This document shows, piece after piece, positions 10,094 to 20,088 of a stretch of DNA of 64,000 nt (the stretch's first letter is position 1; the number at the start of each line of letters is the position of its first letter). This DNA comes from an uncultured Poribacteria bacterium (GTDB lineage: Bacteria; Poribacteria; WGA-4E; WGA-3G), in contig OX638351.1 in the NCBI GenBank assembly GCA_951813565.1, positions 1,056,001 to 1,120,000 on the forward strand, written 5' to 3'. Both the position numbers and the translations under genes were made by a program. The notes beneath the pieces are model-generated. The model worked only from the letters and a program-made list of their open reading frames with translations, made no database searches and was not told the origin of the DNA.

Positions 10094-10385
10094 TGAATCG
10101 CGGATTATGCGGATTTCACAGATTGCGCGGATTTTGGGCAAACCTGCTGTTATAGTAGATTTTACAATTGCTTATACGATGCAACAGACGAGGTTATATC
10201 AAATTAACTTGATTAGTATTTTTAGATAACGTTGGCATTGCGAGGCACGGGGACCTCTCGCTACAGATCACGTTAATTTGGTATTAGTACCTCACCTACC
10301 AGCCAATGTAAGAGGCGCAATGAATTGCGCGACTACAAACATTGATACTCTTAAAATCCGCGAAATCCGCATAATCCGTGATTCA
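10094..10385. repeat. Inverted pair of ~9-bp periodic CGGAT arrays
   Basis: TGAATCGCGGATTATGCGGATTTCACAGATTGCGCGGATTTT (10094-10135) faces AAAATCCGCGAAATCCGCATAATCCGTGATTCA (10353-10385). Confidence 0.8.
10197..10283. mobile_element. 87-bp MITE sharing termini with the IS630 at 14599-15751
   Basis: TTA|TATCAAATTAAC ... GTTAATTTGGTA|TTA; removing it restores the palindrome GAGGTTAGTACCTC. Confidence 0.75.
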
Positions 10386-10422
10386 AACAACAAGTGCGAA
10401 TTGAATTATTTATGTATACCCT

Positions 10423-11052
10423 TCATATTTGTACAAAGGTATCGTAAATAACTTGTGCTTTTTCAAAATCTTCTGGTGTGTTGACGTTGAAAAACGAGTA
10501 TCCTTCAGAATCATACGTTTTCCAAATTTCTGGGGCAAGTGTGAGGACATTTGCTCGTTCCTGTAGGGCATGGACGCGCAAGTCAGGTTCACTTAGCATC
10601 TGTTCAATAATCGGCAGACAACGTTTAGAATATACCGCGCACAGTGTTTGGAGGGTAATTTGCACATCCTTGTTGTGTGAGGAGGGTTCTTTGTCCGTAT
10701 AGGGCATTACAGCATCATGTTCACCTAATACAGAGACCAGATAGGAAAGCAGGTTAGGCATAAGGAAGGGATTATCACAGCCAACACAGATCACTGTTTG
10801 ATGCGAAGCATAGGACAAACCTGCATGAATACCACCTAACGCCCCGGCATTTTGAATAATATCACCGTGCATGTCGATATCAAGATGTGAAAATTCATCA
10901 GGACTGTTTGTGATTAACAGGAGTTCATGTGTGATGGATTGCATGCTGCGGATAACATGACCGATGAGCGTCTCATTACTGAGTCGTAGCAGTGCCTTAT
11001 TCTGCCCCATTCGCCGACTCTTTCCACCTGCCAAGATAACGCCTGTTACCAT
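10423..11052 (-). CDS. mobA: Molybdenum cofactor guanylyltransferase
   Basis: GVILAGGKSRRMGQNKALL, GALGGIHAGL, GCDNPF, FFNVNTPEDF. Confidence 0.92.
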   Translation of the reverse strand: MVTGVILAGGKSRRMGQNKALLRLSNETLIGHVIRSMQSITHELLLITNSPDEFSHLDIDMHGDIIQNAGALGGIHAGLSYASHQTVICVGCDNPFLMPNLLSYLVSVLGEHDAVMPYTDKEPSSHNKDVQITLQTLCAVYSKRCLPIIEQMLSEPDLRVHALQERANVLTLAPEIWKTYDSEGYSFFNVNTPEDFEKAQVIYDTFVQI

Positions 11053-11069
11053 CTACTTTTTTCTCAATT

Positions 11070-12449
11070 CTAATCAACAAGACTCGGTCCATACCGACTA
11101 TTCATCAGAGAACGCAATTCTTCAACAAGCTTCTTTTCGGAGTCAGCGATATTGTGCAATTCGTCTGGATCCTCAACGAGATTATACAGTTCCACGAATC
11201 CATCACTGCTTTCTATTAACTTATGTGTTTGTGTCCGAATACAAGTGAAGTTTCCGAGTCTGCTAACCGTTTCTGAACGATGTGTTTCAGTTTCTCCACG
11301 CACCACTGGTCCGATTGATTGTCCGTCAATATTCTCTAAAACTGGTACTCCCACCAAATCGCAAATTGTAGGATTAATATCAATGAGTTCTACCAACTCA
11401 TTTGAGACACGATTGCCTTCTATTCCCGGTCCGACTACAATAAGCGGAACCCGCAGCGATGCCTCATAAGCCGTGCTTTTTGTGTAAAGTCCATGGTCAC
11501 CGAGCATTTCTCCGTGGTCGCTTGAATAGATAATATAGGTATTGTCAAGCATACCACGTTCTTCCAACGCACGCAACATATTCCCAATCTGATAGTCAAT
11601 CAGTTCAGTTGCCGCGCAATACTGTTGGCGCGTAACCTTAACTTCTTCGGGACTGATATTAACGGTACGTTTTTTTACCCAATCGGGTTTTCCTTCCATG
11701 TCATCCACAATAGCACTTGGCATATCTGCATTTCGGTATTTATCACCGTATTCAGTGGGCGGATCAAACGGGTCGTGTGGTCCAACGAAACTGACGAACA
11801 GGTGCCACGGAAAATCATTAGGGATATTTTCAATAAACTCGGTTGAACGTCTGCCGATATATGAATCCTCAAAATCCTCAGTCGGAAGCACGGAGTCATA
11901 CGACCCGTTTTTTATCCATCCACCAGAAGAACGCCGGTTGCGGTAATCTTGATGAAATTTCTCTAACAATCCTTTTTCTTGTAAATAGTGTGTATAGGGT
12001 CCAATAGGTGTTGCGGAGCCGCCAGCATGCATCTTTCCTTCGCATTCTTCAGGATGCGTAAATCCCCAGTTGTAAGTGCGCGGGCGATCACCGTAGCGAC
12101 CATTATATCCATCCGGTTTTGCAAGGTCAAGTTTGCCGACACATCCTACGCGATATCCATGGTCTCGGAGCTGCTGATAATATGTCGGGATAGAAGTTGG
12201 GTAAAAACTACCATTGCTTAGAGAACCTAAACGCGAGGGTTGTATTCCAGACGCTAAACCTATCCGGGATGGTGCACAAACCGGGGCATTTACTGTGCAG
12301 TTTGGGAAATTTACACCCATTTCTGCTAATCTGCGCATGTTTGGTGTGTTAAGTGCTTCAGGGGCATTCTCATGCGTTTCCAGATAGTCATATCTATGCT
12401 GATCTGACATGATAAAGAGAACGTTTGGTTTATCGGTTTTTCTGTTCAT
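11070..12449 (-). CDS. Cys-type sulfatase (S1 family)
   Basis: PNVLFIMSDQHR, CAPSR formylglycine motif, GKL, PHDP, SDHGEMLGDHG. Confidence 0.93.
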   Translation of the reverse strand: MNRKTDKPNVLFIMSDQHRYDYLETHENAPEALNTPNMRRLAEMGVNFPNCTVNAPVCAPSRIGLASGIQPSRLGSLSNGSFYPTSIPTYYQQLRDHGYRVGCVGKLDLAKPDGYNGRYGDRPRTYNWGFTHPEECEGKMHAGGSATPIGPYTHYLQEKGLLEKFHQDYRNRRSSGGWIKNGSYDSVLPTEDFEDSYIGRRSTEFIENIPNDFPWHLFVSFVGPHDPFDPPTEYGDKYRNADMPSAIVDDMEGKPDWVKKRTVNISPEEVKVTRQQYCAATELIDYQIGNMLRALEERGMLDNTYIIYSSDHGEMLGDHGLYTKSTAYEASLRVPLIVVGPGIEGNRVSNELVELIDINPTICDLVGVPVLENIDGQSIGPVVRGETETHRSETVSRLGNFTCIRTQTHKLIESSDGFVELYNLVEDPDELHNIADSEKKLVEELRSLMNSRYGPSLVD

Positions 12450-12457
12450 ATTTCCTC

Positions 12458-14443
12458 TTAGTTTTCACGATCTTGTGGTGTTGAATTGTTGAGTTCTTGA
12501 AGCTGCTCCTCAATGAAGGCTTTGAGATCATCTTGTTTCTGCTGTTCGGCAAGTTCTAAAGCAGTTTTGAGATTATTTCTAGCTTCTTCAACGTTACCTA
12601 AATCCGCCATTATAGCAGCACGATGAGCATAGGCTTCTGTAAAATCAGGTTTTATGCGAATAGCCTCAGTATAATCCGCAAGAGCATCTTCATACTGCTT
12701 AAGTATAGTTTTCAACATTCCTCGACTATCGTATGCTTTTGCATAGTCCGGACTGAGACAGATTGTTTCATCAAAATCCGCAAGAGCATCTTCATACTGC
12801 TCAAGCATAACTTTCACCAATCCTCGGAAATTGTATGCTTCAGCATGATTTGAGTTGAGGCGGATTGCTTCATCAAAATCCGCAAGAGCATCTTCGTATT
12901 TTTCAAGCTGGGCATATACATATCCTCTATCATAATATGCGTCCGCATTATTTAGATCAAGATTAATTGCTTTATCATAGTCCGCAAGAGCATCAATATA
13001 TTTGCTAAGTTCTTTATTTGCTTTTCCTCGAAAAAAATGACCTTTTGCATTTTCAGGATCCAAACGAATCACCTGGTTAAAATTCGATAATGCATCAGTT
13101 GGTTGCCCAAGAACACCGTATGAATATCCACGCAGATTATAGGCTTTCACAAAAGCTGGATTTATCTGAATTGCCTCGTTGCAGTCGACTATAACAACAT
13201 CATGTTTATCTAGTGAATTATTTGCAAGAGCACGGTTGAAGTAAACATTAGCAGAGTTAAGTCCTAACTTGATTGCTCTATCAAAATCGGCAATAGCCGC
13301 TTGGTGTTTGCCAAGCCGATTTTTAGTAATTCCTCTTGTGTAATAGCCTTGAATAAAATTTGGGTTTAGCTCAATGGCTTTATCAAAATCAAGAATTGCA
13401 GACTCGTGCTTATTTAACAAAGTCTTTACAAGTCCTCTTAGATGATAAGTATGGACATAATCTGGATTCAATTCAACGGCTTTATCAAAATCAAGAATTG
13501 CAGATTGATATTTCTCTAATTGACATTTCGCCAATCCTTTACCGACATACGCTTCTGAATTATTCGATTTCAACTTAATTGCATGATCGAAGTCAGCAAT
13601 TGCAGATTGGTAATCATTAAGTTGAAGTTTCGCCATTCCTCTGCAGCAATAGGCTTTTGCATAACTCGGATTTAACTTAATCGCATGATCAAAATCGTTT
13701 TTAGCTGATTTAATTTGACTAGATTTGCCTTTTGCACAACCTCTGTTAACGTAAAGTTCGGCAAAATCAGGAGCAAAACTGATTGCTTTTCCCAAGTCAG
13801 AAATCGCTTCATCGTATTGGCAAAGTTCCTGCAGTAAGTCACCTCTATTGTTATAAGCTTCCCAAAAATCAGGTTTCAGAGTAATCGCTTTACCATAAGC
13901 AGAAAGAGCTTGCTCTGTCCTTTTCCCTTGATAGAGTAGAAAACCAATGCCAAAAAAGGCATAAGCAGCGAGTTTATCTTCAGTTCCAGTTTTGGTTATT
14001 CCTTCTTCTGCTAACTTTGTATTCTGTTCTGTCAGCTTTGGAACATAAGTATCCTCGTAATCGTTAATGAGGCGAATAATGAATTCCATCAATGGAGCCA
14101 AGAGGTGATTTTCATTCTCACCAACAGAATAGATTAATTCTTCAAGCACATTATCAAGCCACTCATACTCGTTTTCTGTCAAATTGATGACACCATAGTG
14201 TCCATGGCGGTTTCCGAAATCGGTTAATTCATCAAGTACTTCTACTAACCATTGATAGGCACTTTCAGGGTAGGTTGTGAGGACGGCAGGAACGGATCGG
14301 CGAATATGTACCTGAATCTGGGTCGGTTCAGAACTCTCGAACAATTGAGAGTTACTTGTTAGCCCATCAGGAAGTATGGTATCTGAACCCAAATCCGATA
14401 GCATTGAAGACGTATTAAATGTAGGTTGTGTTTCTATCAACAT
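12458..14443 (-). CDS. TPR-array protein with a HigA-antitoxin-like N-terminal segment
   Basis: ENEYEWLDNVLEELIYSVGENENHLLAPLMEFIIRLINDYED resembles the HigA N-terminal helices; about 14 34-aa TPRs follow; starts 3 nt after the stop of the HigB-like gene. Confidence 0.8.
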   Translation of the reverse strand: MLIETQPTFNTSSMLSDLGSDTILPDGLTSNSQLFESSEPTQIQVHIRRSVPAVLTTYPESAYQWLVEVLDELTDFGNRHGHYGVINLTENEYEWLDNVLEELIYSVGENENHLLAPLMEFIIRLINDYEDTYVPKLTEQNTKLAEEGITKTGTEDKLAAYAFFGIGFLLYQGKRTEQALSAYGKAITLKPDFWEAYNNRGDLLQELCQYDEAISDLGKAISFAPDFAELYVNRGCAKGKSSQIKSAKNDFDHAIKLNPSYAKAYCCRGMAKLQLNDYQSAIADFDHAIKLKSNNSEAYVGKGLAKCQLEKYQSAILDFDKAVELNPDYVHTYHLRGLVKTLLNKHESAILDFDKAIELNPNFIQGYYTRGITKNRLGKHQAAIADFDRAIKLGLNSANVYFNRALANNSLDKHDVVIVDCNEAIQINPAFVKAYNLRGYSYGVLGQPTDALSNFNQVIRLDPENAKGHFFRGKANKELSKYIDALADYDKAINLDLNNADAYYDRGYVYAQLEKYEDALADFDEAIRLNSNHAEAYNFRGLVKVMLEQYEDALADFDETICLSPDYAKAYDSRGMLKTILKQYEDALADYTEAIRIKPDFTEAYAHRAAIMADLGNVEEARNNLKTALELAEQQKQDDLKAFIEEQLQELNNSTPQDREN

Positions 14444-14598
14444 AGTTTACCTCTTCCAGCTGTCTCTATCATATTCTTCGTGCGTGAGTAAGTGCCTAAT
14501 AGAGACTTCCTGTTTTCTATAATTGATAAATGCGATAAGACGTACATTCCTACCGATGTTGAAAACTGTCAATGTTGTTCTTTCCCCTGGATGACTAA

Positions 14599-15751
14599 TA
14601 CCAAATTAACGTAAGTCATATTGTGTTTTCCATTTTGCAAATCCACTGAAAACCGACATGTTCTTGCACCTTCTTTCTGTTTTTGGAGAACCACTGACAC
14701 CTTTTCACAAGCACTTCTTCAAGGTCTGATAGCGTTCTAAAAACTTTATTGGCAACCACCTCTCGCAACAGAGGCCATAGCCGTTCGGCAGGTTGAAGTT
14801 CCGGTGTATACGGCGGTAAAAAAAATAACTCAATACCTTGTGGGACATCTAAATCCTTACCCGTGTGAAAACCGGCACGATCTAATAAGAGGATTATCTG
14901 TTTCTTGCCTTCCGGGTTTACATCCCGAGCAAACTCTGCCAACGCAAGGTTCATCACTTCAACACTCACACTCGGCATCAGAAGCCAATAAGTCTCACCC
15001 GTCTGTGGACGGACAAAACCGAAACCATAAAGCCATTTATATGACGGACACACCGAGGCTGTCGGTCTTTCACCTTGCTTCGCCCAGACACGCCGATGAA
15101 CCGGCAATAATCCCACGCGTGCCTCGTCTTCTGCCCAGACTTCTACCGATTTCTCCGGGTGCTGACCTTCAAGCTCAGCTACCCGCTCCCTAAGTTTTTT
15201 TTTAATGCTTGCTGCTCATCTGGTGTTGCAGCTGACTGATGTTGAGGACGAGGTGTTTGTAAAGTATAACCGAGACGCTTGAGATATTTCCAACCTGACA
15301 CATTACTGACAGGACGCTTGAGTGTCTCGGATATCCACGCAGCCACCTTCGGACCTGTCCACAGACCGCCATCAGCAGGAGGCGAAGAAAGTGCAGCTTC
15401 AAGGGCTGCTTGCTGTGTTTCATCCAAAATACGCTTGCGTCCATTGTTTTTGCGTTTGTCTCGCATAGCTGCTTCGCCTTCAGCGTTGTAGCGTTTGAGC
15501 AACTTCCGAACCCAGTCCGGCGTGCATCCTACAATCTCAGCAACTTCGCGAGGTGTTCGCGGATGTGTGGTATCAGCAAGAAGCCAAATAATATGCCAGT
15601 GCGTCCGTTCAATAGGACATTCACATTCAAGATACCTTTGTTTCAGAACTTCTACTGAAAAGTGAGGGGAAACCCCATGTTTTTTATTTTTCATCTGATC
15701 ACAATAACACATCCAAAAAATAAATGCAAGAACAATCATATTAATATGGTA
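14599..15751 (-). mobile_element. IS630-family insertion sequence, 1153 bp
   Basis: TIRs TACCAAATTAA / TTAATATGGTA (10/11 match); TAA on both flanks (14596-14598, 15752-15754); HTH ORF plus DDE ORF. Confidence 0.92.
14616..15694 (-). CDS. IS630 transposase, two ORFs joined by a predicted -1 frameshift
   Basis: ORF A (15694-15179) is a winged HTH ending ALKKN at an A9 run (15195-15203). The -1 frame reads KLRERV...WAEDEARVG...LLLDRAGFH...LPPYTPELQPAERLW (DDE). Confidence 0.88.
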
Positions 15752-15984
15752 TAAACTTTCCTGGACTTACTGGGACCGAATCTGCTTGAGGGAACGTTGC
15801 ACGTAGATCAACAATAGATTCGAAAGTGCCTTCCTCCATCAACCCATACCACCGCTGAAGTCTTTGTCTTGCAGTTGAATGTTTCTTTGTAAATTGATCA
15901 AGTTTTCTTTGTCCGGTGATACGCATTCGTAATCTGGAGTTGATCCTCTCTATGTGTATTTACTGCAGACCTCTATTTAAAACT

Positions 15985-16013
15985 ATTATACCATACAAAA
16001 ACCACATTGTCAA
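15985..16013 (-). promoter_or_regulatory. Consensus sigma-70 promoter of the higB-TPR operon
   Basis: TTGACA-17 bp-TATAAT with an extended TG on the minus strand. Confidence 0.75.
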
Positions 16014-16828
16014 AAGTTGTCATAATGGGATCAGAGGCATTCAATTTTCGTCTAATTATCCGTTTTAGTTGAAAAGTTGGGACCTAAAAATCGTTCCCAG
16101 ATGCACGAATTGATTGTATTTTTCTTCTCATTTTATTGGAATCATCTCCTTAAAAAGTTACCATACGGTAACTTTTTTCATACCGTGGCAACTTTTTGAA
16201 ATTCGCTATAAGCTCAGTATCTGTAGGGGTTTATAGACATTTTATTTAGATTTTATATTTTTCATCTGCGTTGAGGAACACGGGTTTCCTTTTGCTGGAG
16301 ATATTTTATTTTGATAAGTTTTGCGTTGTCGTCTTTGCATTAGAGAGTTACTTTCGATTTTCGGTGTGTTTGGGGATCGGTTTTCTCTTTTCATACTGAT
16401 ATTATACCAAGCTCTGTGTAGTGATCAGAGGTTTTTGTGGCGTTAGGAACAATAGATATCCAATATATTGACAATAAGTTTGCAGGAAAAATTGGGTTGA
16501 TACGTTTTTTGCATCTTGGATGCGCGTGCATTTTGTTGTCAGCATGGTGGTTGACGCGATTTTTTGGAGTCTTGGGAAAGAAAGAAATCATTGGAGAATT
16601 GAATGGCTCTGATAATGGGATTGCGTAAGAATTCATTTAAAAGATGCGTACACTTTAGAAGACCTCTATACGAAATTTCAGTTGAATTGAAACTATCTCA
16701 AATTCCTTGTAAAGTTTAGACAAAAGTGTGATATAATATCTTTGATCAACATAATATTAAGTGTTTACGCAATGCAGTTTCTGAATAGCTATATGTGTAC
16801 AATTTGGCAATTCTTGGAAGGTAAAATA

Positions 16829-17224
16829 ATGAGTGATAACTCAAGCTACGATGATTTACAAACCCATATCCGTGAACTTAAAACACCATCAATTGAGACA
16901 TGGGAAAATCAGTATAGCCACCGAAATTATAGAATTGAGATTACCAACTTAGAATTTACGGCTATCTGTCCCAAAACAGGATTGCCAGATTACGCTACAA
17001 TCTGTATCACTTACGTTCCAGACCAGCATTGTGTTGAATTGAAGTCGTTGAAGGAGTACTTTGTGTTTTTTAGGGATGTGGGTATTTTCCATGAGCACGT
17101 TGTGAATAAAGTGCTTGAGGATTTTGTTGCGGCGTGTCGACCACGGGAGGCGAAGGTCATAGGTGATTTTAACATCCGCGGTGGGATTAAAACGATCGTG
17201 CGTGCGAGTTATGAGAAGGAATAA
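16829..17224 (+). CDS. queF: NADPH-dependent 7-cyano-7-deazaguanine reductase
   Basis: EFTAICPKTGLPDYA, VELKSLKEY, FHEH, FNIRGGI. Confidence 0.93.
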   Translation: MSDNSSYDDLQTHIRELKTPSIETWENQYSHRNYRIEITNLEFTAICPKTGLPDYATICITYVPDQHCVELKSLKEYFVFFRDVGIFHEHVVNKVLEDFVAACRPREAKVIGDFNIRGGIKTIVRASYEKE

Positions 17225-17262
17225 ATTTTGGGACGAATACGAATATCCGCCCCAACAAAGTA

Positions 17263-18291
17263 TTATAAAATCGGTACTGATCGACCTATTCTTGCGGACT
17301 CGTAAAGTGCGTCAAATATTTTTGCCACGTTCAACACCTCTTCTGCTGGTACAGGGGAAGGTAAATCCTTTCGGATAGCCGTGTGGAAAGACTCAAATTC
17401 GCCCGGTAATCCGGTGAGAAGTTTGGGTTCATAATTAACCATCTCATCCTTTTTATCAAGATATATTTGGAGCGGTTCAAAGGTAGCACCTGCTAAATCA
17501 CCCATAAAGAAAGTGCCGCCGATATTCTGAATATGCGATGCCCAAGCGGTTTCTAAAGTCACCGTCAATTCGCCCTCAAACTTGATAGTTCCCATAGCGA
17601 AATCTTCTACCTCAAAGTCTTTAGGATTCCATTTTCCCCACGGATTGATAACGTCGACTCTATCTCCAAATTTCTTTGCTGTCATGCCGAACGCTTCAAT
17701 AGGTTTGGGACAGCCGATCATCCATAGTAGTACATCAAGGATATGTACACCAATGTCAATAAGCGGTCCACCGCCTGCGATAGCTTTGCTTAAAAACGAA
17801 GGGGATGCGGGGACACCGCGCCGTCGCATCGCCATAGCGCGGGCATAGTAGACATCACCAAAAAATCCTTCTTCGTGTAGTTTATGGAGCGTCCGCGCAC
17901 CAGCACCGAATCGAGATTGTAATCCGATTTGTAAAATTTTGCCACTTGCTTTTTGTGCGTCAACCATTGCTTGCCCATCTACCGCATTCGCGGCGATCGG
18001 TTTTTCACAGATAACGTGTTTCCCCGCATTCAAAGCGGCGATAGTCGGTCCAGCATGAAAGTTGTTTGGGGTACAGACACTCACCGCATCTAATTCATCC
18101 ATCTCGACTAACTTTTCGTAATCGGTGAAGACGTTCGGGATGTCATGTTTTTTGGCAAATGCTTTCGCGCGTGCTTTATCAATATCACATGCTGAAATAA
18201 TTGAAACGTCTTTAACGCTGTTATGTCCGGGAAGATGTTTTCCGCCCGCTATGCCCCCGCAGCCAACAATACCCACTTTAATTTTTTTCAT
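17263..18291 (-). CDS. Gfo/Idh/MocA oxidoreductase
   Basis: GIVGCGGIA, CTPNNFH, HVICEKP, GGPLIDIGVH. Confidence 0.92.
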   Translation of the reverse strand: MKKIKVGIVGCGGIAGGKHLPGHNSVKDVSIISACDIDKARAKAFAKKHDIPNVFTDYEKLVEMDELDAVSVCTPNNFHAGPTIAALNAGKHVICEKPIAANAVDGQAMVDAQKASGKILQIGLQSRFGAGARTLHKLHEEGFFGDVYYARAMAMRRRGVPASPSFLSKAIAGGGPLIDIGVHILDVLLWMIGCPKPIEAFGMTAKKFGDRVDVINPWGKWNPKDFEVEDFAMGTIKFEGELTVTLETAWASHIQNIGGTFFMGDLAGATFEPLQIYLDKKDEMVNYEPKLLTGLPGEFESFHTAIRKDLPSPVPAEEVLNVAKIFDALYESARIGRSVPIL

Positions 18292-18333
18292 ATTTGTTCC
18301 TTTTATTGAGTGCGAATTCTATTTCGACTATAC

Positions 18334-18489
18334 TAACCTAAGTTGCTACGGACAAGATTTCAAGCTTGCAGACATTGCTTTTTACTGAAAAACAAGGATT
18401 TCCAGCTAATTCTTATGCTTTCTTTTCTAAATCGGGGTTAGAAACCCCTCCTACAAGAGCATTCGCGATATAGGTAGCAACTTGGGTTA
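18334..18489. mobile_element. 156-bp MITE, copy 1
   Basis: TIR TAACCTAAGTTGCTAC / GTAGCAACTTGGGTTA, 3-bp TSD TAC; identical to 24875-25030. Confidence 0.9.
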
Positions 18490-18492
18490 TAC

Positions 18493-18627
18493 TATACTAT
18501 AGTTTGGACAATTTACATATTGTTCGAGGACTTGCTGAGAAACTGTTAGGTGTCCAATATGAAAACTATATGTTTTTCTCTAACCCAACCTCACGAAAAC
18601 AGCTAAAATTGTCCAAAGTATAGTATA
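18493..18627. mobile_element. MITE-like element with a 22-bp terminal inverted repeat
   Basis: TATACTATAGTTTGGACAATTT / AAATTGTCCAAAGTATAGTATA (21/22 match). Confidence 0.7.
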
Positions 18628-18630
18628 CTA

Positions 18631-18902
18631 TAGTAAAACCTATAATTAATGGGACACTTCTGTAGCGCAAACTTTATGAAGATTAAGAAAATATTTCGGT
18701 AATTCTAATTTTTTCCAAACCCGGTAGGTGCGGTTTCCCAACCGCATCGGAGTTTCTCTAAAATTACTGAATTAATAAATTAATCTTCATTTAGTTTGCG
18801 TCTCATAAGGCACAAACTAAAAGTTTGTGCTACAACTTCTATTGTCCATTATCTTTCCAAGACAAGTTTATCAAAGTGTCCCAATAATTTCAAAGTTCAC
18901 TA
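18631..18902. mobile_element. TA-flanked MITE containing a nested element (18676-18790)
   Basis: Reverse complement of 26880-27035 apart from a 115-bp insert bounded by ATGAAGATTAA / TTAATCTTCAT. Confidence 0.82.
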
Positions 18903-19726
18903 TAAATTGTGACGACTTGTGGTGCTTGTTCCAGCTTCAAATTATGTTCAGCTGCCCACTGTGCTGCTGCGCCACCGCCACCACCAAGAAATTGTTTTCC
19001 AAGGTCATCAACGTTTTTCAGCACATTCTCTTCAGGTTGCTGTTTGTCATTGTAATGCAAAAGATAGCCTTCAGGCTTGAGCCAAGAGTAGTGGTATCCG
19101 TAAATCACAATCTTTGCGGTTTTATCGGTAAAGTTCAGACCTGTAGTGTGATAGATGCGGCTTTCAAAGAAATATGCGTCTCCTGCACGGAGGAGTGGTT
19201 CATCGTAAGGTTCAATCGGGTCAATTTCACCTTCAGGAATGCCCAAAGGTTCACCCGAGGTATGGCTTTTACGGATAAACAGCGTAGCACCAGAATTGGG
19301 CACGTTAAAATCCGTTAAACAATACGCGACCTTCAATCCAACGCGCGGGCAGTTCTTGTGTCCGAGATCTAAATGTACGCCGACATCACGGTGCCACCCG
19401 CGATTCTCAGGCATTTCGTGTGGTTGAGGGAGTTTGTAAAGGAGGGCGGTGTTGGTAATATGTATATTTGTTCCAAGCAGTTGGATCACTAAAGGTATTG
19501 CTTGCGTCTGTGATGTAAGTTCTGCGAAGGCGGGTTCTTGCACCAATCCGTCCCGCTTATGAAGGTAGTGTGCGTCACTTTCAAACGATTCCATGATGCG
19601 GTCACCTGCTTCGGTTAACCGAGCTATGATTTCGTCATCAAGCACCGACCTTACAATAAAATATCCGTTTTCTTCAAATTCATCACGTTGTGCTTCTGTT
19701 AACTGGACGAATTCCATGTGTTTCAC
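18890..19726 (-). CDS. Phytanoyl-CoA dioxygenase (PhyH) family Fe(II)/2-oxoglutarate oxygenase
   Basis: FEENGYFIV, WHRD, GATLFIRKSH, AGDAYFF...YH. Confidence 0.88.
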   Translation of the reverse strand: MKHMEFVQLTEAQRDEFEENGYFIVRSVLDDEIIARLTEAGDRIMESFESDAHYLHKRDGLVQEPAFAELTSQTQAIPLVIQLLGTNIHITNTALLYKLPQPHEMPENRGWHRDVGVHLDLGHKNCPRVGLKVAYCLTDFNVPNSGATLFIRKSHTSGEPLGIPEGEIDPIEPYDEPLLRAGDAYFFESRIYHTTGLNFTDKTAKIVIYGYHYSWLKPEGYLLHYNDKQQPEENVLKNVDDLGKQFLGGGGGAAAQWAAEHNLKLEQAPQVVTIYSEL

Positions 19727-19801
19727 TCCTTAGTTGCCTTAAACGATTGAGGATATGGTATCATAAATAAAAGTTGGTGTCTATTAAATATATGAAGTAA
19801 A

Positions 19802-19953
19802 CAGAGCTATTTAGTTTTCGGTTTTTCTGCTATATTTTTTCACATTTCTATATAAAGTTATCTGTAGGTCGAGTTTCACTACTGCTCTACCCGACGGACA
19901 ATATAAACTTTCAGTAACACACATCAACTGAAATTCTTAAAACTAAATGAACT
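19802..19953. mobile_element. Degenerate short copy of the CAGGG(C/T)TATTTAGTTTT MITE family
   Basis: Starts CAGAGCTATTTAGTTTT; 19893-19948 nearly matches 49141-49196. Confidence 0.6.
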
Positions 19954-20019
19954 AATACCTTACAGTCTATCTCATAAATCGTTGAATACGGTTCCCTACA
20001 CAGGATCTACGCATTTCCC

Positions 20020-20048
20020 TTGACACTCCATCAAAAATTCCGTATAAT
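20020..20048 (+). promoter_or_regulatory. Consensus sigma-70 promoter of nusB
   Basis: TTGACA-17 bp-TATAAT. Confidence 0.75.
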
Positions 20049-20088
20049 ATAACACAGCATAAACACAATTAAAAAATATGGAACCCTG

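Larger units (their letters stand above)
14447..15926 (-). pseudogene. higB: HigB-family (RelE/ParE superfamily) toxin interrupted by IS630
   Basis: 5' half MRITGQRKL...DLRATFPQAD..GKF (15926-15753) and 3' half SHPGERTTLTVFNIGRNVRLIAFINY...RHLLTHEEYDRDSWKR* (to 14447) rejoin in frame (107 aa) when the IS and one TSD are removed. Confidence 0.88.

Noticed and set aside
16391..16636. Short ORFs on both strands in the higB-queF gap
   Set aside because: No RBS or recognisable motif; AT-rich sequence.
16640..16828. preQ1 riboswitch upstream of queF
   Set aside because: No preQ1 stem with an A-rich tail recognisable.
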